Counted from the stretch's first letter, positions 37,933-50,404 are shown. The stretch is DNA of 64,000 bases from Waterburya sp. (GCA_965217895.1 CBDCJV010000002.1:928001-992000); one strand, 5' to 3'. A program made the numbers and translations. Notes: generated from the sequence alone by a model not told the origin.

Positions 37933-38655
37933 ATGAGTTACCAGAGGGTTTTATTAAAATTAAGTGGCGAAGCTCTGATGGGCAACTTAGGCTATGGCAT
38001 CGATCCTACAGTAGTCGCCGAGATCGCTCAAGAAGTTGCCGACATCGCCACAAGTGGTGTGCAGGTTGCCATTGTTGTCGGTGGAGGTAATATTTTTCGA
38101 GGTATGAAGGCTTCGGCTGCGGGGATGGATCGGGCAACGGCTGATTATATCGGCATGATCGCCACTGTCATGAACGCCATGACTTTGCAAGATGCTTTAG
38201 AACGAATTGGGATTGCCAATCGACTACAAACTGCTATTTCGATGCAGGAAGTCGCTGAACCCTATATTCGTCGTCGAGCAATTCGTCACTTAGAAAAAGG
38301 GCGAGTAGTTATCTTTGGTGCAGGTTCAGGAAATCCTTTCTTTACTACTGATACCACGGCTGCACTAAGAGCAGCAGAAATTGATGCGGAAATTATTTTT
38401 AAAGCTACTAAAGTAGATGGAATTTATGATTCTGACCCCAAAAAGAATCCCCATGCTCATCGCTATCAAAGTTTAACCTACAATCATGTATTAACCAATG
38501 AATTAAAAGTAATGGACAGTACGGCGATCGCTTTATGTAAAGAAAATGATATTCCTATATTAGTCTTCGATCTTTCTGTTAATGGTAATATTATGCGTGC
38601 TACTCAAGGAGAATCTGTTGGCACTATTGTAGGAGGAAACTGTGAAGTTATCTGA
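37933..38655 (+). CDS. pyrH: UMP kinase
   Basis: [29 protein letters not shown] and KVMDSTA motifs. Confidence 0.97.
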   Translation: MSYQRVLLKLSGEALMGNLGYGIDPTVVAEIAQEVADIATSGVQVAIVVGGGNIFRGMKASAAGMDRATADYIGMIATVMNAMTLQDALERIGIANRLQTAISMQEVAEPYIRRRAIRHLEKGRVVIFGAGSGNPFFTTDTTAALRAAEIDAEIIFKATKVDGIYDSDPKKNPHAHRYQSLTYNHVLTNELKVMDSTAIALCKENDIPILVFDLSVNGNIMRATQGESVGTIVGGNCEVI

Positions 38656-39190
38656 AATAAAAGAACGTATGCAAAAGACAATTGAAGCAACTCAAAGGTC
38701 TTTCAACACTATTCGTACAGGAAGAGCAAGCACTTCTTTATTAGACCGCGTTATGGTGGACTACTATGGCGCAGAGACTCCCTTAAAATCTCTGGCTAAC
38801 TTAAGTACTCCTGACGCGACCACAATCATGATTCAGCCTTATGATAAAGGCAGTATGGGTCAGATTGAAAAAGCAATATCTCTTTCTGATATTGGCTTAA
38901 CTCCCAATAACGATGGCGATTTGATTCGGCTTAATATTCCACCTTTAACTAAAGAGCGTCGTCAAGAACTAGTTAAAACAGCAAGCAAGTTAGCTGAAGA
39001 AGGTAAGGTGGGAATTCGTAATATTCGCCGTGATGCGATCGACGAAGTGCGTAAACAAGAAAAAAGCAGCGATATTTCTGAAGATGAGTCAAGAGATTTA
39101 CAGGCTGAAATTCAAAGCGTTACTGATGAGTTTAATCAGAAAATTGATGATTTGCTAGCTGTTAAAGAGAAAGATATTTTGACTGTTTAG
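38642..39190 (+). CDS. frr: Ribosome recycling factor
   Basis: [21 protein letters not shown] and IRNIRR motifs; overlaps the pyrH stop. Confidence 0.97.
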   Translation: MKLSEIKERMQKTIEATQRSFNTIRTGRASTSLLDRVMVDYYGAETPLKSLANLSTPDATTIMIQPYDKGSMGQIEKAISLSDIGLTPNNDGDLIRLNIPPLTKERRQELVKTASKLAEEGKVGIRNIRRDAIDEVRKQEKSSDISEDESRDLQAEIQSVTDEFNQKIDDLLAVKEKDILTV

Positions 39191-39201
39191 AAGCAACTTC
39201 T

Positions 39202-40101
39202 ATGACCAGTAATAATCCCCAATTTTTACTGTTTGCTCAACATGGTTGGGCAGATACGGGTAAAGCAATTGGTAAATTAGCGCAGATAGCAACAGCTAAT
39301 TCTTCTACATTGATTACCGCACCTAGCTTGGGGTTAATTAATACTTTTATTAGAATTGAGCCTTTAGTTAAAAGATTAGAACAAATTGCCACTCAAGTAA
39401 TTAGCAATTATCCCCATGTTCCGCTCAAAATTATGGGACATTCTATGGGGGGTTTATTATGGTTAGAAGTGCTAAATCGTAACCCTCAATGGTGGCAAAA
39501 GGTTCATTCGCTGATCTTACTAGGCTCTCCCGTTGGTGGCTCAAATATGGCTCGCATCATCGATCCTCTAGGGATCGGCATTGGTACAGCTAGGGATTTG
39601 GGCAAGAATCGCCGTAACATGGCTGAAAGAATTGCTCAACAAATTCCTACTCTTTCGGTTGCTAGCGATATAAACCTGGGCAGCGATGGTTTAGTAACGG
39701 TAGAAAACACCAAGTTTGCCTATGCTAACTGGCTGCCGATCTTTGGTGTTCATCACGATGCCATGCGATATCATCCAGACATAATTCCCATAATTCAAAA
39801 CTTTTGGGCAAATCCTCAACTAGGACTACCTTCTGAAGGTAAAGCCAGCCAATTTATTCAACGTTTACGCTCTGTACCAGGTATGACTGATGCAGATTAT
39901 CATAACTTTGAGCGATCGCAGATTGTCGCTGGCTTTGATGGTGGCATTACTTTGCACACCTGGAAAAATCTACTAGGTATAAATCATGTTTACATTGGCA
40001 ATGAGCGAGATTGTCTTTATGCAGGATACGTGGGCTTAATCCATAATGTTGGATTACGTCAAGCCGTTCAAGAAATTCAGCAGTATATTTCTGAGAATTA
40101 A
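39202..40101 (+). CDS. Alpha/beta-hydrolase fold protein
   Basis: QHGWAD oxyanion motif, GHSMGG nucleophile elbow, SDGLV, HH. Confidence 0.85.
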   Translation: MTSNNPQFLLFAQHGWADTGKAIGKLAQIATANSSTLITAPSLGLINTFIRIEPLVKRLEQIATQVISNYPHVPLKIMGHSMGGLLWLEVLNRNPQWWQKVHSLILLGSPVGGSNMARIIDPLGIGIGTARDLGKNRRNMAERIAQQIPTLSVASDINLGSDGLVTVENTKFAYANWLPIFGVHHDAMRYHPDIIPIIQNFWANPQLGLPSEGKASQFIQRLRSVPGMTDADYHNFERSQIVAGFDGGITLHTWKNLLGINHVYIGNERDCLYAGYVGLIHNVGLRQAVQEIQQYISEN

Positions 40102-40122
40102 CTGATTTTTTGGCTAAATCAC

Positions 40123-40153
40123 TTGACAAACTTAGGCATAAAGTTGTTATACT
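40123..40153 (+). promoter_or_regulatory. Sigma70-type promoter of tRNA-Gln
   Basis: TTGACA (40123) and TG-N-TATACT (40148) just upstream of the tRNA; the spacer is long (19 nt). Confidence 0.55.
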
Positions 40154-40171
40154 GTTTCTGTTGTAAAACGT

Positions 40172-40243
40172 TGGGGTGTCGCCAAGCGGTAAGGCATCGG
40201 TTTTTGGTATCGACATTCCTAGGTTCGAATCCTAGCACCCCAG
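40172..40243 (+). tRNA. trnQ: tRNA-Gln (anticodon TTG)
   Basis: Acceptor TGGGGTG/CACCCCA, D-arm GCCAAGCGGTAAGGC, anticodon arm TCGGT-TTTTGGT-ATCGA, T-arm GGTTCGAATCC; CCA not encoded. Confidence 0.96.
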
Positions 40244-40342
40244 TAAGATAATCTATTATCAAGCTCCTGCAAGAGTTATCTAAACTAAGGGATCTTCTGA
40301 AACCAGATTTTAATTCTGGCAACAGTCACGATCGATAAAATA

Positions 40343-40978
40343 TTATTCGCGCTGTTCTGGTCGCAGCAAAATTGTCGTGAGAACTCCTGAAATAATAATA
40401 AATCCCACGTTAATTGCCAGCAAAAACAGTCCGCCAAAACCCATCAAAGGATTTTTGGACAGGAAAGCAATACCCGCAGCAGCGATCGCTGGTACTAAAG
40501 CCAAAGCAGCCACCACTCCCACCAAAGTATCCGTTTTCTGCTTAACTAGAGCAATCGAACCAGAGATACCTGCTGCCATTGCTGCTATAACGCTATACCA
40601 TCCTGGCTTTACTCGCTCCGCTAATAAGTTCTTGTCGATCAAATTAGTTTCTGCGGGAATCACAAGCGTAATATTTAAGATCCAGGTAGTCAACATAGCA
40701 AAAATCATTGCTATCAAAAAGCCGAGAAATGCAGTAGTCAAACCTCTTAATGCTAACCGAGGCTTTCTGGCTACTATTGCCAAAGAAACTAAACCTAAAG
40801 GCGGTAATGCAGGAGCAATAACCATCGAACCAATCAAAATCGGTACTGAATCAGTTAATAAAGCAACTGCTGCTAACACCCCAGCCATAGCCATAAATAC
40901 CAAGTAGGAAGAAGTTAGTTTTGCCTGTTTAGTGATTTTTTCAATGGTGCGATCGCCAACTAACGGTTTAGAAGACAT
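40343..40978 (-). CDS. DUF389 family membrane protein
   Basis: LLTDSVPILIGSMVIAP and LVGVVAALALVPA motifs; multiple TM segments. Confidence 0.85.
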   Translation of the reverse strand: MSSKPLVGDRTIEKITKQAKLTSSYLVFMAMAGVLAAVALLTDSVPILIGSMVIAPALPPLGLVSLAIVARKPRLALRGLTTAFLGFLIAMIFAMLTTWILNITLVIPAETNLIDKNLLAERVKPGWYSVIAAMAAGISGSIALVKQKTDTLVGVVAALALVPAIAAAGIAFLSKNPLMGFGGLFLLAINVGFIIISGVLTTILLRPEQRE

Positions 40979-41126
40979 AGTTAGTTACACAAATATTACT
41001 GCTGTAAATATATTATTATTCATTATTCTGATTCTTCTAAGCTCAGTCTAAACTAGCAAAAAGCCGCGAATACTTCGTTAAAATAATCCGCGACTTCAAG
41101 ATAATTATTAAATTTAGCTACAAAAT

Positions 41127-42131
41127 TTATACGTTAGCTTTGGCTGTTTCAGTTGTTTTAGCTGTAAGCTTTTCGTAAGTTTCGCGCATTTTTAAACCAA
41201 CTAATACTTGGAATAAACCAGTTCCATTATTAGAACCAGGATAATCTTTATGCTTGAGCAACAGTTCAGTCATTTCACCATAGTGACCAGTGCTGGTATT
41301 GCTTAGATGACTTTCAATGTAGATCATTTCTTCGAGATTACCGAATTGACCATCTACTTCTAAAATAGACACTTCGTTGTTATAGAAGCTATCGGGTCCA
41401 TAGTACATTTTAATACCAGGGTAGGCACAAGTAAGCTTCCGTCCACAAGGTCGCCAGTCAATAGTTGAACCTTCATCAAATAGATAGACCGTATCAAAGT
41501 TGGCTACGCCTTCTTTCTGAATTAAACGAACTTTAAGCAGATCGCTTTCTTTGTCCTGTACTAGCTGAGTTGGTAATACTTGAATTACAACATCAGCATA
41601 TTCCCTTTGTACTTCGATATAGGCTTTAAAATCGGGTTCACGAGCCTTGATTGAAGCCAAAATATCTTCGTAAGTATGACCACGTTCAGCCATATCACGC
41701 TGGATTTTCCACTGAATTTTAACTTCGTCGCTGATATCAAGATATACGCTGAAATCTACCAGTTCACGGACTCTTTCATCATATAAAGGATGTAATCCCT
41801 CAATTACAATTACTTTATTAGGTTCAATTTTTTCGGGGGGATCGAGTTCACCAGTTTCATGATTATAAATTGGTTTGTCGATCGCCTTACCTTCTTTAAG
41901 AGCTTTAACTTGCTCATACATCAGGTCAAAATTATTGGCTTTGGGGTTTAAAGCTGTAACACCTGCTGCTCTTCTGCCCTTGCGATCTAGACTATGATAG
42001 TCGTCAAGACAAATCACGGTCATAAATTCTTCGCCAAACAGGTCAGTTAAACGGCGCAAAAATGTTGATTTGCCACATCCAGAGTCGCCTGCAACTCCGA
42101 TAAGCACCACTCGGTCAAAATTGACGGTCAT
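41127..42131 (-). CDS. prk: Phosphoribulokinase
   Basis: GVAGDSGCGKST, ICLDDYHSLDR, IQRDMAERGH and PCGRKLTC motifs. Confidence 0.97.
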   Translation of the reverse strand: MTVNFDRVVLIGVAGDSGCGKSTFLRRLTDLFGEEFMTVICLDDYHSLDRKGRRAAGVTALNPKANNFDLMYEQVKALKEGKAIDKPIYNHETGELDPPEKIEPNKVIVIEGLHPLYDERVRELVDFSVYLDISDEVKIQWKIQRDMAERGHTYEDILASIKAREPDFKAYIEVQREYADVVIQVLPTQLVQDKESDLLKVRLIQKEGVANFDTVYLFDEGSTIDWRPCGRKLTCAYPGIKMYYGPDSFYNNEVSILEVDGQFGNLEEMIYIESHLSNTSTGHYGEMTELLLKHKDYPGSNNGTGLFQVLVGLKMRETYEKLTAKTTETAKANV

Positions 42132-42676
42132 AAAATTCCTCTTCTACAAAACTAGATATTTAATTCATGATTATTGAGCAAGCCTAAGGAGTTGAGACAC
42201 AGAATTATGTCTACCTGCAATTCCTACCTAGAAAGAAAAATAGAGCTTGATTTTCTAGCCTGGTGTAGGATACGTAATAAACATAATTATTTTATTTTAG
42301 TGATTTATCCTTAAATCGCTTTCATCAATAGAAGAAAAAGCTACTTTGGATAAGCTCGATCCTTTCAGTATTAAATGCTAATTACTAACATTGAAGGATC
42401 TTACCAGAACCTAACCACCTCTACAAGAGAAAATAGCTTAAAGCTGCTTGCCTCAAGGGTCAAATTAGAGGCTGGTTTTTTAATTCGCAAGCTTAAAAAA
42501 AAATTAAAATGAATTGAAAACTACAGATTCTTATTTGGTCGAGAATGTATATTCTACTCAAGGACTCATCTCCGATACTATTTTTCACCCAAAATCTTGC
42601 TGACTTATGAATTAAGAATAGTCTCTCAACGACACTCTATTGATACAATACAAACATTCTAAACTACTGCTTTTGA

Positions 42677-43987
<1,311 letters not shown>

Positions 43988-44038
43988 TTTATTACTTAAA
44001 GCTCTAGGCTCATAATCGTCAAGATCCTAGTTCTCATT

Positions 44039-44075
44039 GCGTCTACTAAATTATTTCAGTAGGCGCGATTTTTTT
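44039..44075 (+). terminator. Intrinsic terminator of petH
   Basis: GCGTCTACT/AGTAGGCGC stem followed by ATTTTTTT. Confidence 0.65.
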
Positions 44076-44199
44076 GAAATTATTGAAACATAATCTCTCG
44101 TAGCTTTTAAAAACCAATGCTGCATCTTTCTACATTGGAGCAAAAAAGCATTTTTGAGCTATTTATTACCCTAATATTAATGACTATACTTTGTGTTCA

Positions 44200-44340
44200 A
44201 GGGGTTTAATCGTGCAGAGGGCAGGTTATGATGCTGATTTTCTGACCTTAGCAGCTATAGCGATCGCCATAGCTGCTTTTGTGGTTTTTTGGCAATTTGT
44301 TCTAGAAACTAACCAAAGCAAAAAAGCAGCTAATACTAAA
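44200..44340 (+). pseudogene. C-terminal remnant of an MFS transporter
   Basis: GLIVQRAGYDADFLTLAAIA...FWQFVLET resembles the last TM helix and xET tail of MFS permeases; no upstream coding part. Confidence 0.55.
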
Positions 44341-44445
44341 TTTTGTCTTCATAGAATACTTGACAATTATGTAAGTCAAAAGCCACAAAGGCATAAGCCA
44401 GTTAAAATATTTATTCACCAGCACAATTTTTTTTAAAGTATTTGA

Positions 44446-45888
44446 ATGGCTACAAAACGGATTTCTACTGGAATAGATGGCTTAAACGAAATTCTTGCAG
44501 GAGGTTTAATTACTCACCAAGCTTATTTAATTAAAGGTCAACCAGGTAGTGGCAAAACTACCTTAGGATTTCATTTTCTTGGTGCTGGTATTGCTCAAGG
44601 AGAAACATCATTATTTATTAGCTTTAGTGAACCAGAAGCTAGGCTGCGCGGTAACGCCCAAGAAATAGGAATATCCTTAGAGCAAGTGGAGTTTCTCGAT
44701 CTCAGTCCCACAGAAGACTATTTTGCTGAAGATCGAAGCTACGATATTTTTTCTCCTGCTGAAGTGGCAAAAGCACCCATAACCCAAAAGATTATTGATG
44801 CGGTTGAACGTATTAAGCCACAACGTATATTCTTAGATGCCATAACTCAATTTCGCTTTTTGACAGCAGATCCTTTCTCGTTTCGTAAACAGGTGCAGTC
44901 TTTTTTGCGCTTTATGTTGGAACGCAACATCACTCTTTTGTTTGCTTCGGAAGGGAGCGATCGCCATCCCGATGATGACCTACAGTTTATGAGTGACGGG
45001 GTAATTGAGCTACAGATGACCTCAGATAGGCGCACCATCAAAGTCAATAAATTTCGCGGTTCTGATTTTGCCAAAGGCACTCACGATCTGACTTTAAGCG
45101 ATCGCGGCATGGAAGTTTTTCCTCGTTTAGTTCCCGAAACTCTTCAGCGCGAGTTTCAACCAGAAGCTATTTCGGCTGGTATTCCCGAAATTGACGAACT
45201 GCTCCACGGCGGTATTGAACGAGGAACAGTTACCATTATTACTGGACCATCAGGAGTTGGTAAATCTAGCTTTGGAATGCAGTTTATGAAAGAAGCTGCG
45301 GGTAGGGGAGAGCGTTCTGTCGTTTATGCTTTTGAAGAGGGAACAGAAACTTTGTTCAGGCGTTGCGAAGCAATCAATATTCCCGTTCATGCCATGCTTA
45401 AGCGTGGAACTCTGGCGGTTACTTCCGTCGAGCCACTCCAGTATACGCCCAACCAATTCGTCCATTTAGTTCGCACCGAAGTAGAGCAAAACAATGCTCA
45501 AATAGTTATGATTGACAGCACATCTGGCTATAGACTCTCTATGCAGGGAGAAGATTTGGTGCGCCATTTACATTCTCTTTGTCAGTATCTTAAAAATATG
45601 GGCGTGACGGTTATTTTAATTAACGAAACCCATAGCATTGCAGGGGGAGAATTTAGCGTCACCGAGGGAGGACTTTCTTATTTAGCAGACAATTTGATTT
45701 TTCTGCGTTATCTAGAATTAGATGGTCAGTTACGTAAGGCGATCGGTGTATTAAAGAAAAGGGTTTCGGATTTTGAGCGGACTTTGAGAGAATTTAAAAT
45801 TACCAAATATGGCATTAAGGTAGGAGAACCTTTGACTCAGCTACGGGGAATTCTTAGCGGTGTACCAGAATGGATAGATAAACATTGA
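44446..45888 (+). CDS. KaiC-like double RecA-fold ATPase (not canonical clock KaiC)
   Basis: Two Walker A motifs (GQPGSGKT, GPSGVGKS), KFRGS and KKRVS fingers; SY at the position of KaiC ST. Confidence 0.88.
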   Translation: MATKRISTGIDGLNEILAGGLITHQAYLIKGQPGSGKTTLGFHFLGAGIAQGETSLFISFSEPEARLRGNAQEIGISLEQVEFLDLSPTEDYFAEDRSYDIFSPAEVAKAPITQKIIDAVERIKPQRIFLDAITQFRFLTADPFSFRKQVQSFLRFMLERNITLLFASEGSDRHPDDDLQFMSDGVIELQMTSDRRTIKVNKFRGSDFAKGTHDLTLSDRGMEVFPRLVPETLQREFQPEAISAGIPEIDELLHGGIERGTVTIITGPSGVGKSSFGMQFMKEAAGRGERSVVYAFEEGTETLFRRCEAINIPVHAMLKRGTLAVTSVEPLQYTPNQFVHLVRTEVEQNNAQIVMIDSTSGYRLSMQGEDLVRHLHSLCQYLKNMGVTVILINETHSIAGGEFSVTEGGLSYLADNLIFLRYLELDGQLRKAIGVLKKRVSDFERTLREFKITKYGIKVGEPLTQLRGILSGVPEWIDKH

Positions 45889-46023
45889 ACATTTAGCAAT
45901 TTTAAAGTTTGATACGTAAGTTTAATTGAGCGTTGTCCATAACAAGGTCGGCGGCGACGCGGAGAGACAGTTTTTGGATTATTACACTAAAAGAAAAAAT
46001 TCTTAAGTGCAGGCATTTTTCCA

Positions 46024-46320
46024 TCAAAATATTTTTAAGTTTTTATAGTGTTCAACTACAGGAAAAGGATCGTAGAAATGATGTAGTAATTCTTTCCAAT
46101 TTTGATATTTTTCAGACTGTCTAAAACCAACGGTATGATCTTCTAGAGTTTGCCAATTGACCAATAATAAATATTGGTTATCTACTTCTATACACTGCTG
46201 TAAATTATGATCGATATATCCTGGCATCGAAGCAATAATACTAGAAGCTTGGCTAAAAGCAGCCTCAAACTCTTGGTTCATGGCTGGTTTAATTTTTAGT
46301 ATGGCAACTTCTAAAATCAT
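46024..46320 (-). CDS. Antibiotic biosynthesis monooxygenase (ABM) family protein
   Basis: MILEVAIL, YLLLVNWQTLEDHTVGFR and LHHFYDPFPVVEHY motifs. Confidence 0.9.
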   Translation of the reverse strand: MILEVAILKIKPAMNQEFEAAFSQASSIIASMPGYIDHNLQQCIEVDNQYLLLVNWQTLEDHTVGFRQSEKYQNWKELLHHFYDPFPVVEHYKNLKIF

Positions 46321-46434
46321 GAGAATTAATCAAAAAATAATTTGCTAATTATTGTTGTTAGATGAATTGTTGAAATTGAATATTTAAATGAGTTTTGTAA
46401 AATGTGCCTTTAAACTCGCTAAAAAATAGAAGTT

Positions 46435-48354
46435 TCATCTAGAAGATTTAGAGACTTCTTTATTTGGGGGAATACCTTCAATATCAATTATTCCCTGAAT
46501 GACTGAACCGACTATAGGTGCTGCTACGGTAGAGCCAAAAGTATATTTACCGTGTGGTTCATCAACTACGGCTAGCACTGCGTAACGAGGTGCTTCCACA
46601 GGAAAGATACCAACAAAACTGGTGATTTTAGCAGTTGCGTCATAACCACCTTGATTAGTCGCTTTTTGGGATGTTCCCGTTTTGCCTGCAATCCTATAAC
46701 CAGGAATTTTAGCAGCATAACCACTTCCGTCTTCCACGACTTTTTCCATCATTTCTAAAACAGTGGTGGCAGTTTTAGGAGAAAATATTTGTTTGCTGTG
46801 GGGAGGCTGAGAATAATGTAAATAACCTTTATAATCCGACAAACCTCTAACCACATGGGGAGTAATTAGTTTACCTTTATTCCCCAATGCTGCATGAAGT
46901 TGAATTAGTTTAAGAGGAGTGACCGAAAAACCTTGACCAAAAGCTGCGGTAGCTGATTCAATTTCTCTGACGGTAAATTCTACTTCGTCCTTAAGTCTAC
47001 CCCTAGTATATCCAGGAATATCAAATTCCACTTCGTCTTCAATACCTATTTTTTGTAAATCTCGATAATAGTCCACAGGATTCATGTGTCGCATTACCCT
47101 GATCATCCCTACATTACTTGAGTGCTGGAGAATCTGTGTTAGAGTTATTTTGCCTCGTGCGCCTTCTGTGGCAAAATCGTGATTGCGTACTAAGGCATCC
47201 TGGATTTGAATCTCTCCCGTATCATTAAAAGTATCCTGGGGAGAAATCACCCCTGCATCTAAAGCCAAGGCTATATTAATCGGTTTAAAAGTTGAGCCTG
47301 GTTCATAAAGATCGGTAACTGCCCAATTTTTAAACAGTCCAAAATCGTTGTATTTATAATAAATATTAGGGTCGTAAGTGGGTTCGGAAACTAAAGCTGC
47401 GATCGCACCATCACGCACATCCATGACAATTACAGCACCTCGCTTTGCCTTATATTCCTCCATTTGTTTGGCTAAAGCATTACGAGCAATTTGTTGTAAA
47501 CGTAGATCGATAGTCAACTGTAAATTCAGATCGTCAAAGTTAAAAAGCTGTTGAGATTTTTTGAGATCGCCTGGATGAAAAATGGGTTTATTATTGTCAA
47601 AGCTGCGCTTCATTGTCCAGCTAATTGGCTTTCGTTCTAATAGCTTATTTTGGGTATATTCAACCCCAGCTTGGGGAGTACGGCTACTGTCTCGATTTAC
47701 ATATCCCGTGACTTCTGCTGCCATTTCTTTATGGGGATAAAAGCGAGTATAGTTTTGCCTGAGATCTAGACCATCAATTTGTAATGCTGCAATTTTTTCT
47801 TTGGCTGATTCTGGTAAATCTTCTGCCAAAAGTATTCCCCAATCCTGCTTACTAAAAATTGCTAGCAGTTCTTCAGGAGTTTTAGTCCCTAATATACCTG
47901 CTAACTCTTCAGCAATTTCTCTTGCAGGTACTGCTTGGGAGTTTTTTATAAATAAATGAGGATGAACATAAAGAGTATAGCTAATGCGATCTGTTGCCAA
48001 AACATTTTGTTGACGATCTACAATCTGGCGACGAGGAATATAAAATTGTAACTTTGTGGTTTGTTGATCTATCGCTATTTGAGTTAGTTTTTTTCCTTGA
48101 GGTGCTTGCTCGTAGACTATTACAGGGTTGACTATCTGTAAATAATATAGTCTGGTGGTCAACCCTAGCGCGCCAATAACTAATATTCCCCAAACTATGA
48201 ATAAGCGCAGCATGGCCTGATTAGACTGACTTGCTTGCTTGAGGTTTGTATTTTGGTGACGGCGTTTAGAGCTTGAATAGTTAGATTTAGCTTTAGTCTG
48301 GACTGCAAGGCTTTTGGCTGATTTTAGGGGAATTTTAAACTTAGATTTGGTCAT
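46435..48354 (-). CDS. ftsI: Class B penicillin-binding protein (FtsI/PBP3-like)
   Basis: N-terminal TM, RRQIVDR, EPGSTFK (SxxK), SSN and KTGT motifs. Confidence 0.85.
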   Translation of the reverse strand: MTKSKFKIPLKSAKSLAVQTKAKSNYSSSKRRHQNTNLKQASQSNQAMLRLFIVWGILVIGALGLTTRLYYLQIVNPVIVYEQAPQGKKLTQIAIDQQTTKLQFYIPRRQIVDRQQNVLATDRISYTLYVHPHLFIKNSQAVPAREIAEELAGILGTKTPEELLAIFSKQDWGILLAEDLPESAKEKIAALQIDGLDLRQNYTRFYPHKEMAAEVTGYVNRDSSRTPQAGVEYTQNKLLERKPISWTMKRSFDNNKPIFHPGDLKKSQQLFNFDDLNLQLTIDLRLQQIARNALAKQMEEYKAKRGAVIVMDVRDGAIAALVSEPTYDPNIYYKYNDFGLFKNWAVTDLYEPGSTFKPINIALALDAGVISPQDTFNDTGEIQIQDALVRNHDFATEGARGKITLTQILQHSSNVGMIRVMRHMNPVDYYRDLQKIGIEDEVEFDIPGYTRGRLKDEVEFTVREIESATAAFGQGFSVTPLKLIQLHAALGNKGKLITPHVVRGLSDYKGYLHYSQPPHSKQIFSPKTATTVLEMMEKVVEDGSGYAAKIPGYRIAGKTGTSQKATNQGGYDATAKITSFVGIFPVEAPRYAVLAVVDEPHGKYTFGSTVAAPIVGSVIQGIIDIEGIPPNKEVSKSSR

Positions 48355-48422
48355 AATTAACCCATAAGCTATCTAGTATTGATCTATCTTTAACAATTAA
48401 TCAGCAATCATTTAAAAATAGT

Positions 48423-48938
48423 TTAATATCCCCAGCTATTAAGCTTTAAATTAGCTATCTTAGCTCGATCAACGTTAGTTTGAGAGGCAGTTTTAGCTTG
48501 AACTTTAGCTGGTTTGATAAATAAGGCTGACGCTGGTGTTGAGATAGCAAGCTGTTTGTTCTGACCAGCCTCTTTAGCAATTTGATATTTAATAGTTTCG
48601 TTAATTGATACTAATTGGCGTTCTTGAAGCTGTAGGTTTTCCAGGTTTTGATATTCTTGACTCCAAAGCTTGGGAATTTGTACAGTAGACATATAAAGAC
48701 CAATGCTTGCCGTCATAGAAACTAAAGCTAAACCAAAAGATCCTTTTTGTAGAAGAGATAAAGCTTTAAGGTTCTTTGGCAGAACATTTGACTGGGAAAA
48801 ATGACGAGATTTGAGTACTTTTGCGCGTTCAACTTGAGGTTGCTTAACTACCTCTTGGTATTGGTAATTATTATTTTTTGGCTGTAGTTCTGGAGAATAA
48901 TATTCAGCGACAAAATCAGGTTGGCGAAGAGCAGACAT
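48423..48938 (-). CDS. Hypothetical single-TM coiled-coil protein, possibly FtsL-like
   Basis: One TM followed by a coiled coil (YQNLENLQLQERQL); directly upstream of the ftsI-like gene. Confidence 0.65.
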   Translation of the reverse strand: MSALRQPDFVAEYYSPELQPKNNNYQYQEVVKQPQVERAKVLKSRHFSQSNVLPKNLKALSLLQKGSFGLALVSMTASIGLYMSTVQIPKLWSQEYQNLENLQLQERQLVSINETIKYQIAKEAGQNKQLAISTPASALFIKPAKVQAKTASQTNVDRAKIANLKLNSWGY

Positions 48939-49227
48939 TTAGTAATCTCCGTATTTGTTAAGAGGAATCTGTTGGGCGAAATTCTAACCTATTTTTGACA
49001 AGATGATAAGAGAACAAACAAAAAGTAATACTTGAACTAAACCACATCTAGTTTGAAACCCTTAATTTTCAATTATCTGTTTGAGAGAGGCAGCCTCAAA
49101 TTAATACTAAAAGTTAGCATTAAGCATTTATTTTTGAATGTTCAATGTTTAATCATTGGTTATTGCTAAGATGATCGTTGATGATGTAATTCTCAATTGT
49201 GACTAGAGAGACTGAAGATAAAACCCT

Positions 49228-50196
49228 GTGGAAATAACTTTTTTAGGTACAAGTTCTGGAGTACCAACGCGATCGCGCAATGTCTCAAGTGTAGCCCTAC
49301 GTCTTCCTCAACGGGGAGAGGTGTGGCTGTTTGACTGTGGTGAAGGCACACAGCATCAGCTTCAGCGTAGTGAGATCAAAAGCTCGCAAATTCGACGCAT
49401 TTTCGTGACCCATATGCACGGCGATCATACTTTTGGCTTAATGGGTCTGATTGCTAGCTGTGGTTTGGCAGGTACTGGTCAACCGATTGATATTTATGGG
49501 CCAGAAGGGTTGAGAGAATATCTTCAGGCTGCTGCCAAATACTCCTATATGAACTTTGGTTCTCGTCTTAAGATTCACACCGTCAAGACAGGCTTACTCT
49601 ACGAAGACGATCAATTTAGCGTTAGCTGTAGGTTATTAAAACATCGCATACCTGCCCACGGCTATCGAATTGCCGAAAAAAATCGCCCAGGGACGTTTAA
49701 TCTTGAAAAAGCAAAATCTTTGGGAATTCCCCCTGGACCAATTTATGGCAAGCTCAAACAGGGAGAAGTTGTGACTTTGGATGATGGTCGTAAAATCAAC
49801 GGCAAAGATCTTTGCGGACAGCCAGAAACAGGACGCAAAGTGGTTTACTGCACCGATACAGTATTTTGTGATGCAGCAGTAGAACTAGCCAAAGATGCCG
49901 ATGTTTTGATTCATGAGGCGACATTTGCTCACCAGGATGCAGATATGGCATTTGAAAAAATGCACTCTACAACGACAATGGCAGCGCAGGTAGCTTTGTT
50001 AGCTGGAGTCAAGCAATTGATTATGACTCATTTTAGCCCTCGTTATGCCCCTGGAAATCCAATTCAGCTAAATGATCTAAAACAAGAAGCCAGAGCTATT
50101 TTTCCGCAGACAAAACTAGCTTATGACTTTTATTCCTACGAGGTGCCAAGACGTAGAGAAGCGAAACTAAAAGAGACAGTAGCGGGTAAGAGGTAA
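49228..50196 (+). CDS. rnz: Ribonuclease Z
   Basis: FLGTSSGVPT, DCGEGTQ, THMHGDH, HEATF and HFSPRY motifs. Confidence 0.96.
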   Translation: MEITFLGTSSGVPTRSRNVSSVALRLPQRGEVWLFDCGEGTQHQLQRSEIKSSQIRRIFVTHMHGDHTFGLMGLIASCGLAGTGQPIDIYGPEGLREYLQAAAKYSYMNFGSRLKIHTVKTGLLYEDDQFSVSCRLLKHRIPAHGYRIAEKNRPGTFNLEKAKSLGIPPGPIYGKLKQGEVVTLDDGRKINGKDLCGQPETGRKVVYCTDTVFCDAAVELAKDADVLIHEATFAHQDADMAFEKMHSTTTMAAQVALLAGVKQLIMTHFSPRYAPGNPIQLNDLKQEARAIFPQTKLAYDFYSYEVPRRREAKLKETVAGKR

Positions 50197-50404
50197 TTGC
50201 CATTCGTGGCAAGTTGAAAGACTACGATGTTTGTAAATCGGCTATAAGCTCTTAGCTCTGAGCAGACGCTCCAGAACGCGCTATTAGCTTTTTAAGACCT
50301 TTCTGTAGTGGTTGATTGACACTGCTTTTTCTTAACTTGCCATCAATGGATAAGAGATAATTGCTCATTGTTATTATTCTTTTTCCGTTATTGTGCTTTG
50401 GCAC

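Noticed and set aside
39947..40322. ORFs 39947-40216 and 40119-40322 on the minus strand
   Set aside because: They overlap the tRNA-Gln gene and its promoter
40172..40340. tRNA-Gln as the attachment site of an integrated island
   Set aside because: No integrase nearby and no duplicate of the tRNA 3' end seen in the window
40377..40907. Long antisense ORF over DUF389, and similar shadow ORFs over GH15, the phosphomutase, rdgB, ABC genes and the GTPase
   Set aside because: They lie on the opposite strand or in alternate frames of well-supported genes and lack protein-family features
44446..45888. Calling this the circadian clock gene kaiC
   Set aside because: Lacks the ST phosphosite pair and C-terminal tail; no kaiA/kaiB adjacent
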